Positions 25,471-34,653 of a DNA stretch of 64,000 nt are shown in pieces (the stretch's first letter is position 1; every line of letters begins with the position of its first letter). Location: the NCBI GenBank assembly GCA_963762325.1, contig CAVXKQ010000002.1, forward strand, positions 39,979 through 103,978. Reading direction: 5' to 3'. Origin of the DNA: an uncultured Solirubrobacterales bacterium. GTDB taxonomy: Bacteria; Actinomycetota; Thermoleophilia; Solirubrobacterales; 70-9. The position numbers and the translations under genes were made by a program. The notes beneath the pieces are model-generated. The model saw only the letters and a list, made by a program, of their open reading frames with translations, did not search any database and was not told where the DNA came from.

Positions 25471-26309
25471 TGGTGATGCCCGGCGCGAACGGCGAGGGCC
25501 AGCTGGCCCAGACGACTGCGGTGCGGCGCATCCTCGCCCTCGGCGGCCACGACTTCACCTCCCGGCCCCCCGACCGCGCCGTCTGCGAGCTGCTGCTGCG
25601 ACTTGCCGCCGAGCGCGGTGGCGAGCGGCCGCGGATGTGCATCCTGCCGACCGCCAGCGGCGACACCTCCGATCAGATCGGGCGCTTCTACGCCGCCTTC
25701 GGCGAGCGCCCCTGCGAGCCCTCCGACGTCTCCCTCTTCCGGCTCGGGCGGCGGCCGATGGCGCTGCGTGACCACCTCCTCTCCCAGGACCTGATCTACG
25801 TCGGCGGCGGCAGCCTGGTCAACCTGCTCGCGGTCTGGGAGGCACACGACATCGCTTCGATCCTCAGCCTCGCCTGGCGTCGCGGGATCGTCCTCGCCGG
25901 CCAGAGCGCCGGCGCGATGTGCTGGTTCGAGGCCGGCATCACCAAGTCGTCCGGCAAGCCGCTGGCGGCGGCGGGGCTGGGCCTGCTCTCCGGCAGCCTC
26001 TGCGTCCACTACAACAACGAGCCCGAGCGCCGCGCCGCCTACCTCGACGCCGTCGGCGACGGAATGCCCGCCGGCTACGGCCTCGACGACTATGCCGGCC
26101 TGCTCTGGGAGGGCGAAGGCTCCCCCGCCGCCGTCACCGCCCGCCGCGGCGCCCGCGCCTACCGGGTCAGCTCGCGCGAGGGAACCGCCGCCGAGTCACC
26201 GCTCCCAGCCCGCTTCCTTCCCGCGCCAGCTCCGGCAGCGCTAAGGGAGGACATCGCCGAGTTCCGCAGGATCAAGACCGTGCGCAAACGAGCCGGCTGG
26301 CTGGGTTAG
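25470..26309 (+). CDS. peptidase S51 family protein, copy 2
   Basis: Paralog of copy 1 (MCILPTASGD...DLIYVGGGSLVNLLAVW...GQSAGAMCWF). Its ATG overlaps the stop of copy 1 (TGATG). Confidence 0.75.
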   Translation: MVMPGANGEGQLAQTTAVRRILALGGHDFTSRPPDRAVCELLLRLAAERGGERPRMCILPTASGDTSDQIGRFYAAFGERPCEPSDVSLFRLGRRPMALRDHLLSQDLIYVGGGSLVNLLAVWEAHDIASILSLAWRRGIVLAGQSAGAMCWFEAGITKSSGKPLAAAGLGLLSGSLCVHYNNEPERRAAYLDAVGDGMPAGYGLDDYAGLLWEGEGSPAAVTARRGARAYRVSSREGTAAESPLPARFLPAPAPAALREDIAEFRRIKTVRKRAGWLG

Positions 26310-26330
26310 AAAGGGACGGGAGACCCCTCC

Positions 26331-26858
26331 CTACTCGCCGGCGACCGGCGGAGCGGTCGGGTCGCCGCTCTCCTCGCCGAGACTCTCCCGCGCGATGTAG
26401 TCCTCGGCCAGCAGCAGGTTCTCCTTCGAGCGCTCGACCACGTTGAGCAGATCGCTCATCAGCGCGACCTCCTCCACCTGCTCCTTGACGAACCACTGCA
26501 GGAACTGCTCGGCCCGATAGTCCTTCAGCTCGCGCGCCAGCTCGAACAGGGCGAAGATCTCGTTGCTGACCCGCTTCTCCTGCTCGAGGGCCATCCGCAC
26601 CGGGGCGCTGCCGTCGGCGTAGGCGGTCTCCTGCGACTTGATGTCGGGGATGTGGACCCCCTCGCCGACGTCGAGCAGGTAGCGGATCATCATCATCGCG
26701 TGCTCGCGCTCCTCCAGCGCCTGGCGATAGAAGAAGCTGGCGAGACGGGGGAGGGTCGCGGCGTCGTAGTAGACGGCGGCTCCCACATATTGCTGCGAAG
26801 CGGCGAACTCGTTGGCGATCTGCTCGTTCAGCGCGTCGGCGAAAGACTTGTCAGGCAT
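26331..26858 (-). CDS. ferritin (non-heme, ferritin-like diiron)
   Basis: LNEQIANEFAASQQYVGAAVYY...FYRQALEEREHAMMMIRYL...EQEKRVSNEI fits the ferritin ferroxidase-centre pattern. Start at ATG 26858. Confidence 0.85.
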   Translation of the reverse strand: MPDKSFADALNEQIANEFAASQQYVGAAVYYDAATLPRLASFFYRQALEEREHAMMMIRYLLDVGEGVHIPDIKSQETAYADGSAPVRMALEQEKRVSNEIFALFELARELKDYRAEQFLQWFVKEQVEEVALMSDLLNVVERSKENLLLAEDYIARESLGEESGDPTAPPVAGE

Positions 26859-26936
26859 TCTCGGAGCTCCTTGTCGGCGGGGCGGCGGAGAGGCCAACGT
26901 AGCCGAAACGCCGAGTTCGGTCGGCCGAAGCGGCGC

Positions 26937-26950
26937 TTAGGGCGACCTGA
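26937..26950. promoter_or_regulatory. degenerate TTAGG..CCTAA-type box upstream of ferritin
   Basis: TTAGGGCGACCTGA lies ~80 nt upstream of the ferritin start. It is related to the five palindromes in the heme locus. This is a weaker match. Confidence 0.3.
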
Positions 26951-26958
26951 TCGGGTGC

Positions 26959-26997
26959 GGTTGTCGTTTGTCGCCCAGAGGGCGACAAAAAGCAACC
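26959..26997. repeat. REP-like palindromic element, copy 1
   Basis: GGTTGTCGTTTGTCGCCC-AGA-GGGCGACAAAAAGCAACC. Confidence 0.8.
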
Positions 26998-27001
26998 TCG
27001 T

Positions 27002-28078
27002 TCAGATGCGCCAGCGGAAGCCGGTCGGCTCGATCGCCGGCTCGAGCGGGCTGGAGGGGAGGCCCGGCTTGGTCGCCTGGGCCGGGTCGTTGTAGCCACT
27101 CGGGGCGACGTCGTTCGGGGTGTCGGGGTGGAAGATCGAGGCGAGGTACTGAATCTGGCCGCGGCCTTGGCCGAGCTCGGTCTGGCCGCCGCCATAGGCG
27201 CCGATTCCGCGCTCCTCGCAGTAGTCGTAGGCGGCGAAGAGGTCGCGGATCGGGCCGAAGCGCGAGGGCTTGACGTTGACCGTCTGCGGCGGCGACCACG
27301 GCATCGCCTCGATGTCGGCGATCGAGTGGATCGGCGCGTCCCAGGTGACCCGCTCGGAGACCGGGTCCAGCAGCGGCCGGGTCTCCTCGGTGACGTCGGG
27401 GTCCTCGAGCCAGGCATCCGGGAAGGACTCGATCAGCTTCGCGTAGAGCTCGGGATCGGTGACGACGTCGACCGGCGTGCCTTTGTAGAAGCCCTTGAGG
27501 TCGAGCGAGTCGATGGCGCCGGTCTCAGCCAAGGCGGCGATCAGCTCGTCGTCCCAGTCGTTGAAGGGGTCGAGCTTGAAGCGCAGGGTCGGGTAGACGG
27601 CGAGCCGGGCGCGCAGCGGCTCGATCGAGGAGGGCTCCTCGGCGCTGGCCGAGAGCCGCATCGAGTTGACGAAGTTGACCGGCCGCGGCTCGCGGCCGAG
27701 CGCCTCGGCGAGGTTGGTCCCAGCCTGGCGCAGGGCGAGGTCGAGCGCCGCCGACTCGAAGGCCCAGCGGCGGTAGGCGGGGGAGATTTCCTCCCGCACC
27801 GGTGGGCCGGCCGGGAAGAGGTCGATCCCGTCGAGATGGTCGGAGAACTCGGCGAAGCTACCGGAGAAGGCGAGGCCCTCGGGGGGGCCGTGGTCCTGCT
27901 GGGCGATGTGATCGACGGCGTCATAGACGACGTCCTCGCCGATTCCCTCCTCGCCACCGCCGCGGAGCGTGACGATCGTGGTCAGCCGTTCGAAGGTGCC
28001 GAGCGTGATTTCCCGGCCCTCGAACTCGCAGGACTCGACCTCGAGCGGCAGGTCGGCGATCACGTCGAAGCTGGCCAT
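27002..28078 (-). CDS. enolase-superfamily (mandelate racemase / muconate lactonizing enzyme-like) protein
   Basis: LRFKLDPFNDWDDEL, SLDLKG, WLEDP and VNVKPSRFGPI resemble the metal-ligand and barrel motifs of the superfamily. ATG at 28078. The track N-terminus runs into the REP element. Confidence 0.55.
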   Translation of the reverse strand: MASFDVIADLPLEVESCEFEGREITLGTFERLTTIVTLRGGGEEGIGEDVVYDAVDHIAQQDHGPPEGLAFSGSFAEFSDHLDGIDLFPAGPPVREEISPAYRRWAFESAALDLALRQAGTNLAEALGREPRPVNFVNSMRLSASAEEPSSIEPLRARLAVYPTLRFKLDPFNDWDDELIAALAETGAIDSLDLKGFYKGTPVDVVTDPELYAKLIESFPDAWLEDPDVTEETRPLLDPVSERVTWDAPIHSIADIEAMPWSPPQTVNVKPSRFGPIRDLFAAYDYCEERGIGAYGGGQTELGQGRGQIQYLASIFHPDTPNDVAPSGYNDPAQATKPGLPSSPLEPAIEPTGFRWRI

Positions 28079-28091
28079 CGCGCGGACCCTA

Positions 28092-28134
28092 GCGGTTGTC
28101 GTTTGTCGCCCAGAGGGCGACAAACGACAACCGC
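28092..28134. repeat. REP-like palindromic element, copy 2 (perfect 20-bp arms)
   Basis: GCGGTTGTCGTTTGTCGCCC-AGA-GGGCGACAAACGACAACCGC. Confidence 0.85.
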
Positions 28135-28136
28135 GC

Positions 28137-29606
28137 TCAGCGGGCAACCCGCAGCGTTTTCAGCTCGCGATCGCTGCCGCCGCGCACGTAGCCGCCGTGG
28201 GCGACGCTCTCCCTTATGTAGTCCAGCGTCGCCGCGGTGAGGCGCTCGCCAGGGAGGACGTTGGGAATCCCGGGCGGGTAGGCGGCCAGGCCCTCGGCCG
28301 CGACCCGTCCGGCGGCCTCGCCGAAGGGGATCACCTCCTGCGGCCCGAGGAAGGCCTCGCGCGGCGTCATCGCCAGCTCGCCCCAGGGCGGCGGCGGCGC
28401 CAGCTTCTCGTCGGGCGCGCCACCGTCGGCCCCGAGCTCGCCGACCGCGTGGCGAAGGCCGGCGACCAGGCGCGCGCCGGCCGGCGCCGCCGGCTCACCC
28501 AGCCCGAAGATCGCGACGACGACGTTCTCAGAGTAGAGCTCGAGGTCAAGCCCGCTCGCGTAGAAGGCGGCTTTGGCGAGGCGGTATCCGGTCGAGCCGG
28601 TCCCGCGCACGTCGATCGAGAGCCGCAGCGGATCCCAGCCGGCGACGCCTGGCCGTCCCACCATCCGCTCGTCGAGCACCGCCAGGCCGGGGATCTCCTC
28701 GACCGCCGCGCGGGTCGCCGCCACCGCCTCCAGGGTCTCGCCGAGCAACTCGGCGCCGTGGACGAAGGCCTGGCGCCGGGCCGCGTCGAGCGAGCCGGTG
28801 AGCAGCCCGCTGGGGCTGGTCGTTTCGACCAGGCTGACGCAGCGGTCGACCACGGCCGGGTCGATGCGGCTGCCCCGCCCGAGGTGGAGCATCGCCGCCT
28901 GGGTCAGGCTGCCGACGATCTTGTGGGTCGAGGAGGTGACGAGGTCGGCACCGCCGGCGAGCGCGTCGGGGGGCAGCGCCGGATGGAAGTGCAGGTGGGC
29001 GCCCCAGGCCTCGTCGACGATGAGTGGCAGGCCGCGCCGGTGCGCGACCTCGGCCAGGGCGGCGACGTCGGCGCAGGCGCCGAAGTAGGTGGGGGAGACG
29101 ACCATCGCCGCGACCGCCTCCGGCGTCTCCTCCAGCGCCGCGGCCAGCGACTCCGGCGTCAGCCCGTGGGCGATCCCCAGCTCGGGGTCGAGCTCCGGGG
29201 CGACGAAGGTCGGTCGCATCCCGCTCAGCACCAGACCGTCGATCACCGAGGAGTGGACGTTGCGCTGGACCACGACGCGGTTGCCGCCGTGGGCGAGCGC
29301 CATGCAGGTGCTGTGGTTCCCCTGCGAGGCGCCGTTGACCAGGAACCAGGTCCGCTGCGCCCCCCAGGCGTCGGCGGCGAGCAGCTGCGCCTGCTGGAAG
29401 GGGGTCGGCTCGGGACCGATGTCGACTCCCTCGGTGACCGAGGGGATGTCGTTGCGCAGGCCGGTCGCCCCGACCAGCTCGCTCAATGCCGGGTCGGCCC
29501 CGGCGCCGCCCTTGTGGCCGGGCACCTGGAAGCGGCCGGGGTCCAGTGCCGCGTAGGCGAGCAGAGCGTCGACGTAGGGAGTCGAGTCCTGATCGCGAGA
29601 GGCCAT
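28137..29606 (-). CDS. Orn/Lys/Arg decarboxylase family (PLP, fold type I) protein
   Basis: FQVPGHKGG, NGASQGN and the PLP-lysine motif SSTHKIVGSLTQAAMLH. Confidence 0.85.
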   Translation of the reverse strand: MASRDQDSTPYVDALLAYAALDPGRFQVPGHKGGAGADPALSELVGATGLRNDIPSVTEGVDIGPEPTPFQQAQLLAADAWGAQRTWFLVNGASQGNHSTCMALAHGGNRVVVQRNVHSSVIDGLVLSGMRPTFVAPELDPELGIAHGLTPESLAAALEETPEAVAAMVVSPTYFGACADVAALAEVAHRRGLPLIVDEAWGAHLHFHPALPPDALAGGADLVTSSTHKIVGSLTQAAMLHLGRGSRIDPAVVDRCVSLVETTSPSGLLTGSLDAARRQAFVHGAELLGETLEAVAATRAAVEEIPGLAVLDERMVGRPGVAGWDPLRLSIDVRGTGSTGYRLAKAAFYASGLDLELYSENVVVAIFGLGEPAAPAGARLVAGLRHAVGELGADGGAPDEKLAPPPPWGELAMTPREAFLGPQEVIPFGEAAGRVAAEGLAAYPPGIPNVLPGERLTAATLDYIRESVAHGGYVRGGSDRELKTLRVAR

Positions 29607-29712
29607 CGATCGAGTCTAGGGGCCTGTCCGGGGATTGATGCGGCTTCGGCGCCGACCGTTCCCATCAAAGAATCATGGTTATCTTGGCGTCAAGCTCACT
29701 ACCTCGCATAAA

Positions 29713-29743
29713 GCCGGGTCGGGACTAAGAGTCCTGACCCGGC
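29713..29743 (-). terminator. rho-independent-type terminator of the low-G+C secreted-protein gene
   Basis: On the minus strand, GCCGGGTCAGGAC-TCTT-AGTCCCGACCCGGC is followed by TTTAT. It lies 26 nt after the stop at 29769. Confidence 0.55.
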
Positions 29744-29768
29744 AGTCCTTCCCCACCACCAGTTGCCG

Positions 29769-30545
29769 TTATGGGAATGTTTCAGCAGCAACCAAATTCG
29801 TGGTTCCTTTCATCACTCCCGTCCCTGTACCTTCCAGTGATGCAGCTGCGCCGTTCGCTTTGAGTAGACCGCCGTTGGTCCCTGGAGTAAACGTGGTGTG
29901 GCTATGTTTTTCTGTACTCGCAACACCGTTTACGGAGCCGGTGACTTTAACCGTCGTCGTCGGAAGTGAGCATCCGCCGGTAAGAATCCTAAATTCGGCA
30001 AAAGTGCCACCCGCCACTGCCGGTTCGATGCTGCCGTTATGTTCGGTGGTCGTCATAGCTTTCAATTCGTTCGTCGCGATTGTACCTTTTATCCCAGAAG
30101 TACCAGTAATGCTTTCGACTTCGCATTTTTTGGTTGTGTCAGCTTGCAGTGAAGCATGACATTCCGTGTAATCAAGCAGGATTTTGGAACCTTCAATCTT
30201 CATTTCGCCGGGTTTGGGTTCAACGTTCTTAACGTGACCGGTTCCCGCGCCTTTCCCGCATGTCACCTCTATGTTCACGAACGCAATCGTTCCCCTCAGC
30301 ACTGAGGTGCCGATCGTCGAGCCGGTGACTTCTGTTGTCTGATTCACCGGGAGCGCTTTTGTTTCGAAATTGCTCCCCGCCACTTTCGGTGTTTCGCAAG
30401 CAGAGGTTTTGTAGTTTCCGGTTCCGGCCGCCACCGCTTCGCATGTGACCGCTGTCAGCTGGGCCGCGGAGGCATTAACCGCTCCGAACCCACACAGCGA
30501 CAGCGTGCAGAGCACGAGAGCTCCGAGCATCGAGCTGCGTTTCAT
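29769..30545 (-). CDS. secreted Thr/Gly/Cys-containing hypothetical protein on a low-G+C islet
   Basis: Signal peptide MKRSSMLGALVLCTLSLCGFGAVNASA. G+C is ~42-60% per 60-nt line by hand count. No family recognised. Confidence 0.6.
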   Translation of the reverse strand: MKRSSMLGALVLCTLSLCGFGAVNASAAQLTAVTCEAVAAGTGNYKTSACETPKVAGSNFETKALPVNQTTEVTGSTIGTSVLRGTIAFVNIEVTCGKGAGTGHVKNVEPKPGEMKIEGSKILLDYTECHASLQADTTKKCEVESITGTSGIKGTIATNELKAMTTTEHNGSIEPAVAGGTFAEFRILTGGCSLPTTTVKVTGSVNGVASTEKHSHTTFTPGTNGGLLKANGAAASLEGTGTGVMKGTTNLVAAETFP

Positions 30546-30664
30546 TGGATCGCTCCTTATCTGGTGCTGTCTCGGCCGTCGTCGTCCGAATCCACTCAGA
30601 CAATCTTGACTGGCCGCTTGAGACCAAGATAGCGGCATTGGAAACCCCGCGGTAGTTGCGGGGG

Positions 30665-30960
30665 TCTCCTAGCGCCTCTTCTCTTGTCCTTGCAGCTGTT
30701 GGCGATCAACGACATGGCCGCGCTTTGGCCGCGCAGGGTGGCTGCGGTGTCGACGATCGCCGCCTGCAGGATCGTCGGCAGGGGATCAGAGACGGCGCGG
30801 ACCTCGGCGGTTTCGGAGTTGATAAAGAGCGCTCCTCACCACCACCGCGCCGAGGTCAAAGGGGCCCAATCACCCGCGGGGGTGATGATCACGACGCTGA
30901 GCGGGGCGCCTTTGTAGGGGCCGGCGAGGTAGGTGCGGCCGTTGACGTAGAGGGATTCGC
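30665..30960 (-). pseudogene. decayed 3' fragment of an unidentified gene
   Basis: The minus frame reads ESLYVNGRTYLAGPYKGAPLSVVIITPA..(local frame breaks, in-frame TGA)..ALFINSETAEVRAVSDPLPTILQAAIVDTAATLRGQ. No start is evident. Hairpin CCCCGC-N7-GCGGGG at 30645..30664. Confidence 0.3.
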
Positions 30961-31050
30961 TTAACTTTTTCGGTGGAGACGCGGTGGCCGCCGCCTCGGA
31001 AGGAGGCGGCGAAAAAGTACAAGACGCTCCATCCCCACCGGGACAGGCCT

Positions 31051-32451
31051 ATGAAGCACACGGCACATGGCTACTGGCTGGAAGAGGCATCGACCCCTGA
31101 GCCGACGGTGGCGTTGGAGGGTGATCGGGAGGCCGACGTGGTCGTGATCGGCGGTGGCTTCACCGGCCTCTGGGCCGCCTGGCACGTCAAGCAGCTCGAG
31201 CCCGAGGCGCGCGTCGTCTTGCTTGAGGCCGACGAGCACTGCGGGCGCGGCCCCAGCGGCCGCAACGGCGGCTTCTGCAACGTGATGTGGTTCTCGCTGC
31301 CGAGCATGCGGCGGCGCTGGGGGGACGCGGGGGCGCTCGCCGTCGCCCGTGCCGCCGAGCGGGCGGTGGAGGAGATCGGCGAGTTCTGCGAGACGGAGGG
31401 AGTCGACGCCTGGTTCCGCACGGCCGGCTACCTGCAGGTCTCGACCGCCGCCGCTCACGACCGGATCTGGTCGGAGGCGCTCGCCGCCTGCCGCGAGCTG
31501 GGGGTCGGCGACGCCGTACGCTCGCTCTCCCCCCAGGAGGTCGCCGCCCGCTGCGCCTCTCCCGCCTTCCGCGCCGGCGCCTTCTATCCGAGCTCGGCAA
31601 CGCTGCAGCCGGCGCGCCTGGCGCTGGGCCTGCGCGACCGCCTGCGGTCCCGTGGCGTCGAGCTGTTCGAGTCGACCCCGGTGCGGGCTCTGCGCGACGC
31701 GCCCGACGGCGTCGAGGCGCACACTCCCCGGGGCACGGTACGGGCCGGCGCCGCGGTCGTCGCGATCGGCGGCGCCGCCAGGACTCGGCGCGGCCCGCTG
31801 CACAACCGGCTCACGATCACCTCCTCGCACATCGTCCTCACCGAGCCGGTCCCCGATCTACTGGAGGAGGTCGGCTGGACCGGGGGCGAGTGCATCACCG
31901 ACTGCCGCACGATGCTGCACTACTTCCGCACCACCCCGGACGGGCGCATCGCCTTCGGCCTCGGCGGCGGGCGGATCTCGATGGGAGGGCGCCTGCGCGG
32001 GCGGGTCGAGGTTGACCCCGAGGTCGTCGCCCGGGCGGCCGCGCGGTTGCGCGCCTACTTTCCGGGCATCGAGGGCAGACGCATCACTCATGCCTGGGGC
32101 GGCCCGATCGACGTCTCGCCGACCCACCTCCCCGTTGTCGCGCCCCTTGCCGGCGGCCGCGCCTTCGTGGCGGCCGGCTACACCGGCAACGGCGTCGGGC
32201 CCTCGCAGATGGTTGGCCGTACCCTCGCCGCCCTCGCCCTCGATCGCCGCGACGAGCACTCACGCCTGCCGATCGTCGACCCCTCGCCTCAGCGGGTCCC
32301 GCCCGAGCCCTTTCACTGGATCGGCGGCAGCGTCATCCATGCCGGGATCATGAGCAAGGAGCAGGCCGAGGGCGAAGACCGCATCCCCTCCAGGATCGCC
32401 TCGGTTTTGGCCAAGGTGCCCGGGCTGATCGGCTTTCACATCGGCCGCTGA
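31051..32451 (+). CDS. FAD-dependent oxidoreductase (DAO family, gamma-glutamylputrescine-oxidase-like)
   Basis: ADVVVIGGGFTGLWAAWHV is a dinucleotide-binding motif. ATG at 31051. Confidence 0.8.
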   Translation: MKHTAHGYWLEEASTPEPTVALEGDREADVVVIGGGFTGLWAAWHVKQLEPEARVVLLEADEHCGRGPSGRNGGFCNVMWFSLPSMRRRWGDAGALAVARAAERAVEEIGEFCETEGVDAWFRTAGYLQVSTAAAHDRIWSEALAACRELGVGDAVRSLSPQEVAARCASPAFRAGAFYPSSATLQPARLALGLRDRLRSRGVELFESTPVRALRDAPDGVEAHTPRGTVRAGAAVVAIGGAARTRRGPLHNRLTITSSHIVLTEPVPDLLEEVGWTGGECITDCRTMLHYFRTTPDGRIAFGLGGGRISMGGRLRGRVEVDPEVVARAAARLRAYFPGIEGRRITHAWGGPIDVSPTHLPVVAPLAGGRAFVAAGYTGNGVGPSQMVGRTLAALALDRRDEHSRLPIVDPSPQRVPPEPFHWIGGSVIHAGIMSKEQAEGEDRIPSRIASVLAKVPGLIGFHIGR

Positions 32452-32452
32452 G

Positions 32453-32872
32453 TCAGGACTTGGCGGGAACGACCAGCACCGGGCGCTCCGACAGGTGCAG
32501 CAGCTTGTTCGGGGTCGAGCCCAGGATCACGCCCTTCAGCGGCGGGTCGCCGAAGCTGCCGACGACGATCATCCGCGCGTCGCGCTGGTCGGCGACCTCG
32601 ATCAGCGCCTCGGCGGCGCGCTTGGGCACCAGCTGCGTGTCAATCTCCACGCCCTGCTCGGCCGCGCGCGCCTTGGCGCCGGCCATCATCTGCTCGCCCA
32701 GCTCCTCGATCGCCTCCTCGTGTTCGGCGATCTCGCCGCCCCAGAGGCCGGGCGGCGCGTAGCCGAAGACGACGGTCACCTGGTCGCCCAGCTCGCCGGC
32801 GAGCGCGAGCCCCGAGGCCAGCGCCGCGTCGCCGCAGGCCGAGCCGTCGTATCCGACCACGATCTGGCCCAT
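32453..32872 (-). CDS. universal stress protein (UspA family)
   Basis: IVVGYDGS...MIVVGSFGDPPLKGVILGSTPNKLLHLSERPVLVV. Its ATG overlaps the permease stop (TAATG). Confidence 0.85.
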   Translation of the reverse strand: MGQIVVGYDGSACGDAALASGLALAGELGDQVTVVFGYAPPGLWGGEIAEHEEAIEELGEQMMAGAKARAAEQGVEIDTQLVPKRAAEALIEVADQRDARMIVVGSFGDPPLKGVILGSTPNKLLHLSERPVLVVPAKS

Positions 32873-34453
32873 TAGGGGACGTCCTCCGGACCGGCCCCGG
32901 TGGGGCCGGGCGCCGCCGCTTCACCCTCGAGGAAGCCGGCCGGCACGACCTCGGGCTTGCGCTTGAAGAAGGCCGGGAACTTGCGCCACTGCACGAACAT
33001 CAGCAGGAAGCCGAGGATCAGGAAGAAGATGGCGATCACCAGCGGCGGCCCGAGCCCCAGCCAGGAGTCGCCGGATTCCGAGTTGGCGGGATCGGAGAGT
33101 TCGATCGCGTTCTTGATCAGCAGGTAGAAGAGGATCGTGCCGCCGAAGGCCGGCCCGACCCCGATGAAGAAGAAGTTCTTGACGCTGCGCAGGAGCTCAC
33201 GCCGGTAGTAGATCGTGCAGGCGAAGCCGGTGAGGCCGATGTAGAAGGCGATCATCAGGCCCAGCGCCGCCAGCGAGTCGAAGAGGATGTCTTCGCTGAC
33301 GATCGTCAGGCCGACGTACCAGACGATCGAGAGCGTCCCCATCAGGATCGTCGAGACGTGCGGGGTGAGGAAGCGGGGGTGGACTTTGCCGAGGCTCTTC
33401 GGCATCGCCTGCGAGCGCGCCATCGAGAGCGTGGTCCTGGCCGTCGGCAGGATCGTCGTCTGCGTCGAGGCCGCGGCCGAGGTCAGCACGGCGATGATCA
33501 GGATCTTGTCCAGGGGCGCGCCGAAGACTTCCGTGCCGAGCGAGCTGAGCACGTCTTCCTGGTTGGCGATCAGCTGGTCGACGCCGGCGTAGGACTGGGC
33601 CGCGATGGCGACGATCAGGTAGATCCCGAGCAGGATCACGGTGCTGACCACGGTCGCCCTGCCTGGTGCCTCGCTGGAGTTCTCGGTCTCCTCGTTGACG
33701 GTGGCGGTCGTGTCCCAGCCCCAGTAGATGAAGACCGCCAGCAGCATGCCGGCCGAGATCTCCGCTGGCGCTGAGCGAGAAGGGGTTGAACCAGGAGAGG
33801 CTGGGGTCGATCGAGGCGTCCGGGGCGCTGCCCGAGAAGACCTTGACCAGGGCGACGATCGCGAACAGCGCCAGGGTGACGATCTCCGCTCCGAGCAGGC
33901 CGACCTGGGTGCGGGCCGAGAGCTCGATCCCGATCACCACGATCGAGGTCATCAGCGCGATCCAGACCACCCCGAGCGCGGTCACCGCCACGGTCGATTC
34001 GGCCAGGCTGTTCAGCCCGAAGAGCTCGAAGCTGTAGAGGCCGGCGATCTGGGCCAGGTTGGCCATCACGATGATGTCGGCGACGACGATCGTCCAGCCG
34101 GCGATCCAGCCGAGCTGCGGGCCCATCGCCTTGGTCACCCAGGAGAAGCTGGTGCCGCAGTCCGGGTCGGCTTTGTTCAGGTAGTAGTAGCCGCCCGCGA
34201 CCAGGAACATCGGGATGAAGCTGATGATCAGGATCGCCGGCGACTGCAGGGCGACGGCGGCGGCGACGAAGCCGAGGGTGGCGGCGAGGCTGTAGCCGGG
34301 AGCGGTGGAGGCGACGCCGATGACGACGCTGGAGACGAACCCGATCGCGTTCTTCTTCAGGCCCTTGTCTTCAACGCCGTGCGGAGTGGGGGACTGCGTG
34401 TCCGGCGTGGGAACTGCAGCGCTCTCCAACGATCCCTCTCCTCTCCCCGCCAC
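32872..34453 (-). pseudogene. APC-family amino-acid/polyamine permease, split by a 1-nt frame disruption near 33757-33765
   Basis: The N-terminal half comes from ORF 33197..34453 (..VIGVASTAPGYSLAATLGF..SFSWVTKAMGPQLGWIAGW..). The C-terminal half comes from ORF 32872..33747 (MLLAVFIYWGWDTTATVNEE..). The two frames join as ..FSLSASG/EISAGMLLAVFIYWGWD. Confidence 0.7.
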
Positions 34454-34653
34454 GCTCGTGCCCGGCGGCTACATGCAGCGAAGGTAAGCCCCCCAGGATC
34501 AGGGCGCAAGTGGCGAATGTCCCAAAAGCACAGCAGCGGTTTGTACTTGTTGTACAAGAGGGCTCTCAGAACTTGACCCAATGACCACTTGCGAATGTGC
34601 CATTTTGGGTCTAGCTTTATCCATAACGTCGTAGCGCGAGAGGAGAAAGTCGT

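Noticed and set aside
24537-26309. A 590-aa plus-strand ORF.
   Set aside because: Its first half is an out-of-frame shadow of S51 peptidase copy 1. Only the part from ATG 25470 onwards (S51 copy 2) is protein-like.
34454-34653. A riboswitch or operator in the AT-rich permease/transaminase divergent spacer, which contains a TTGTACAA palindrome and the hairpin GACCCAA..TTTGGGTC.
   Set aside because: The features are short and imperfect, and I cannot match them to any known RNA family. It is probably a PucR-controlled promoter region, but there is not enough evidence to call a feature.
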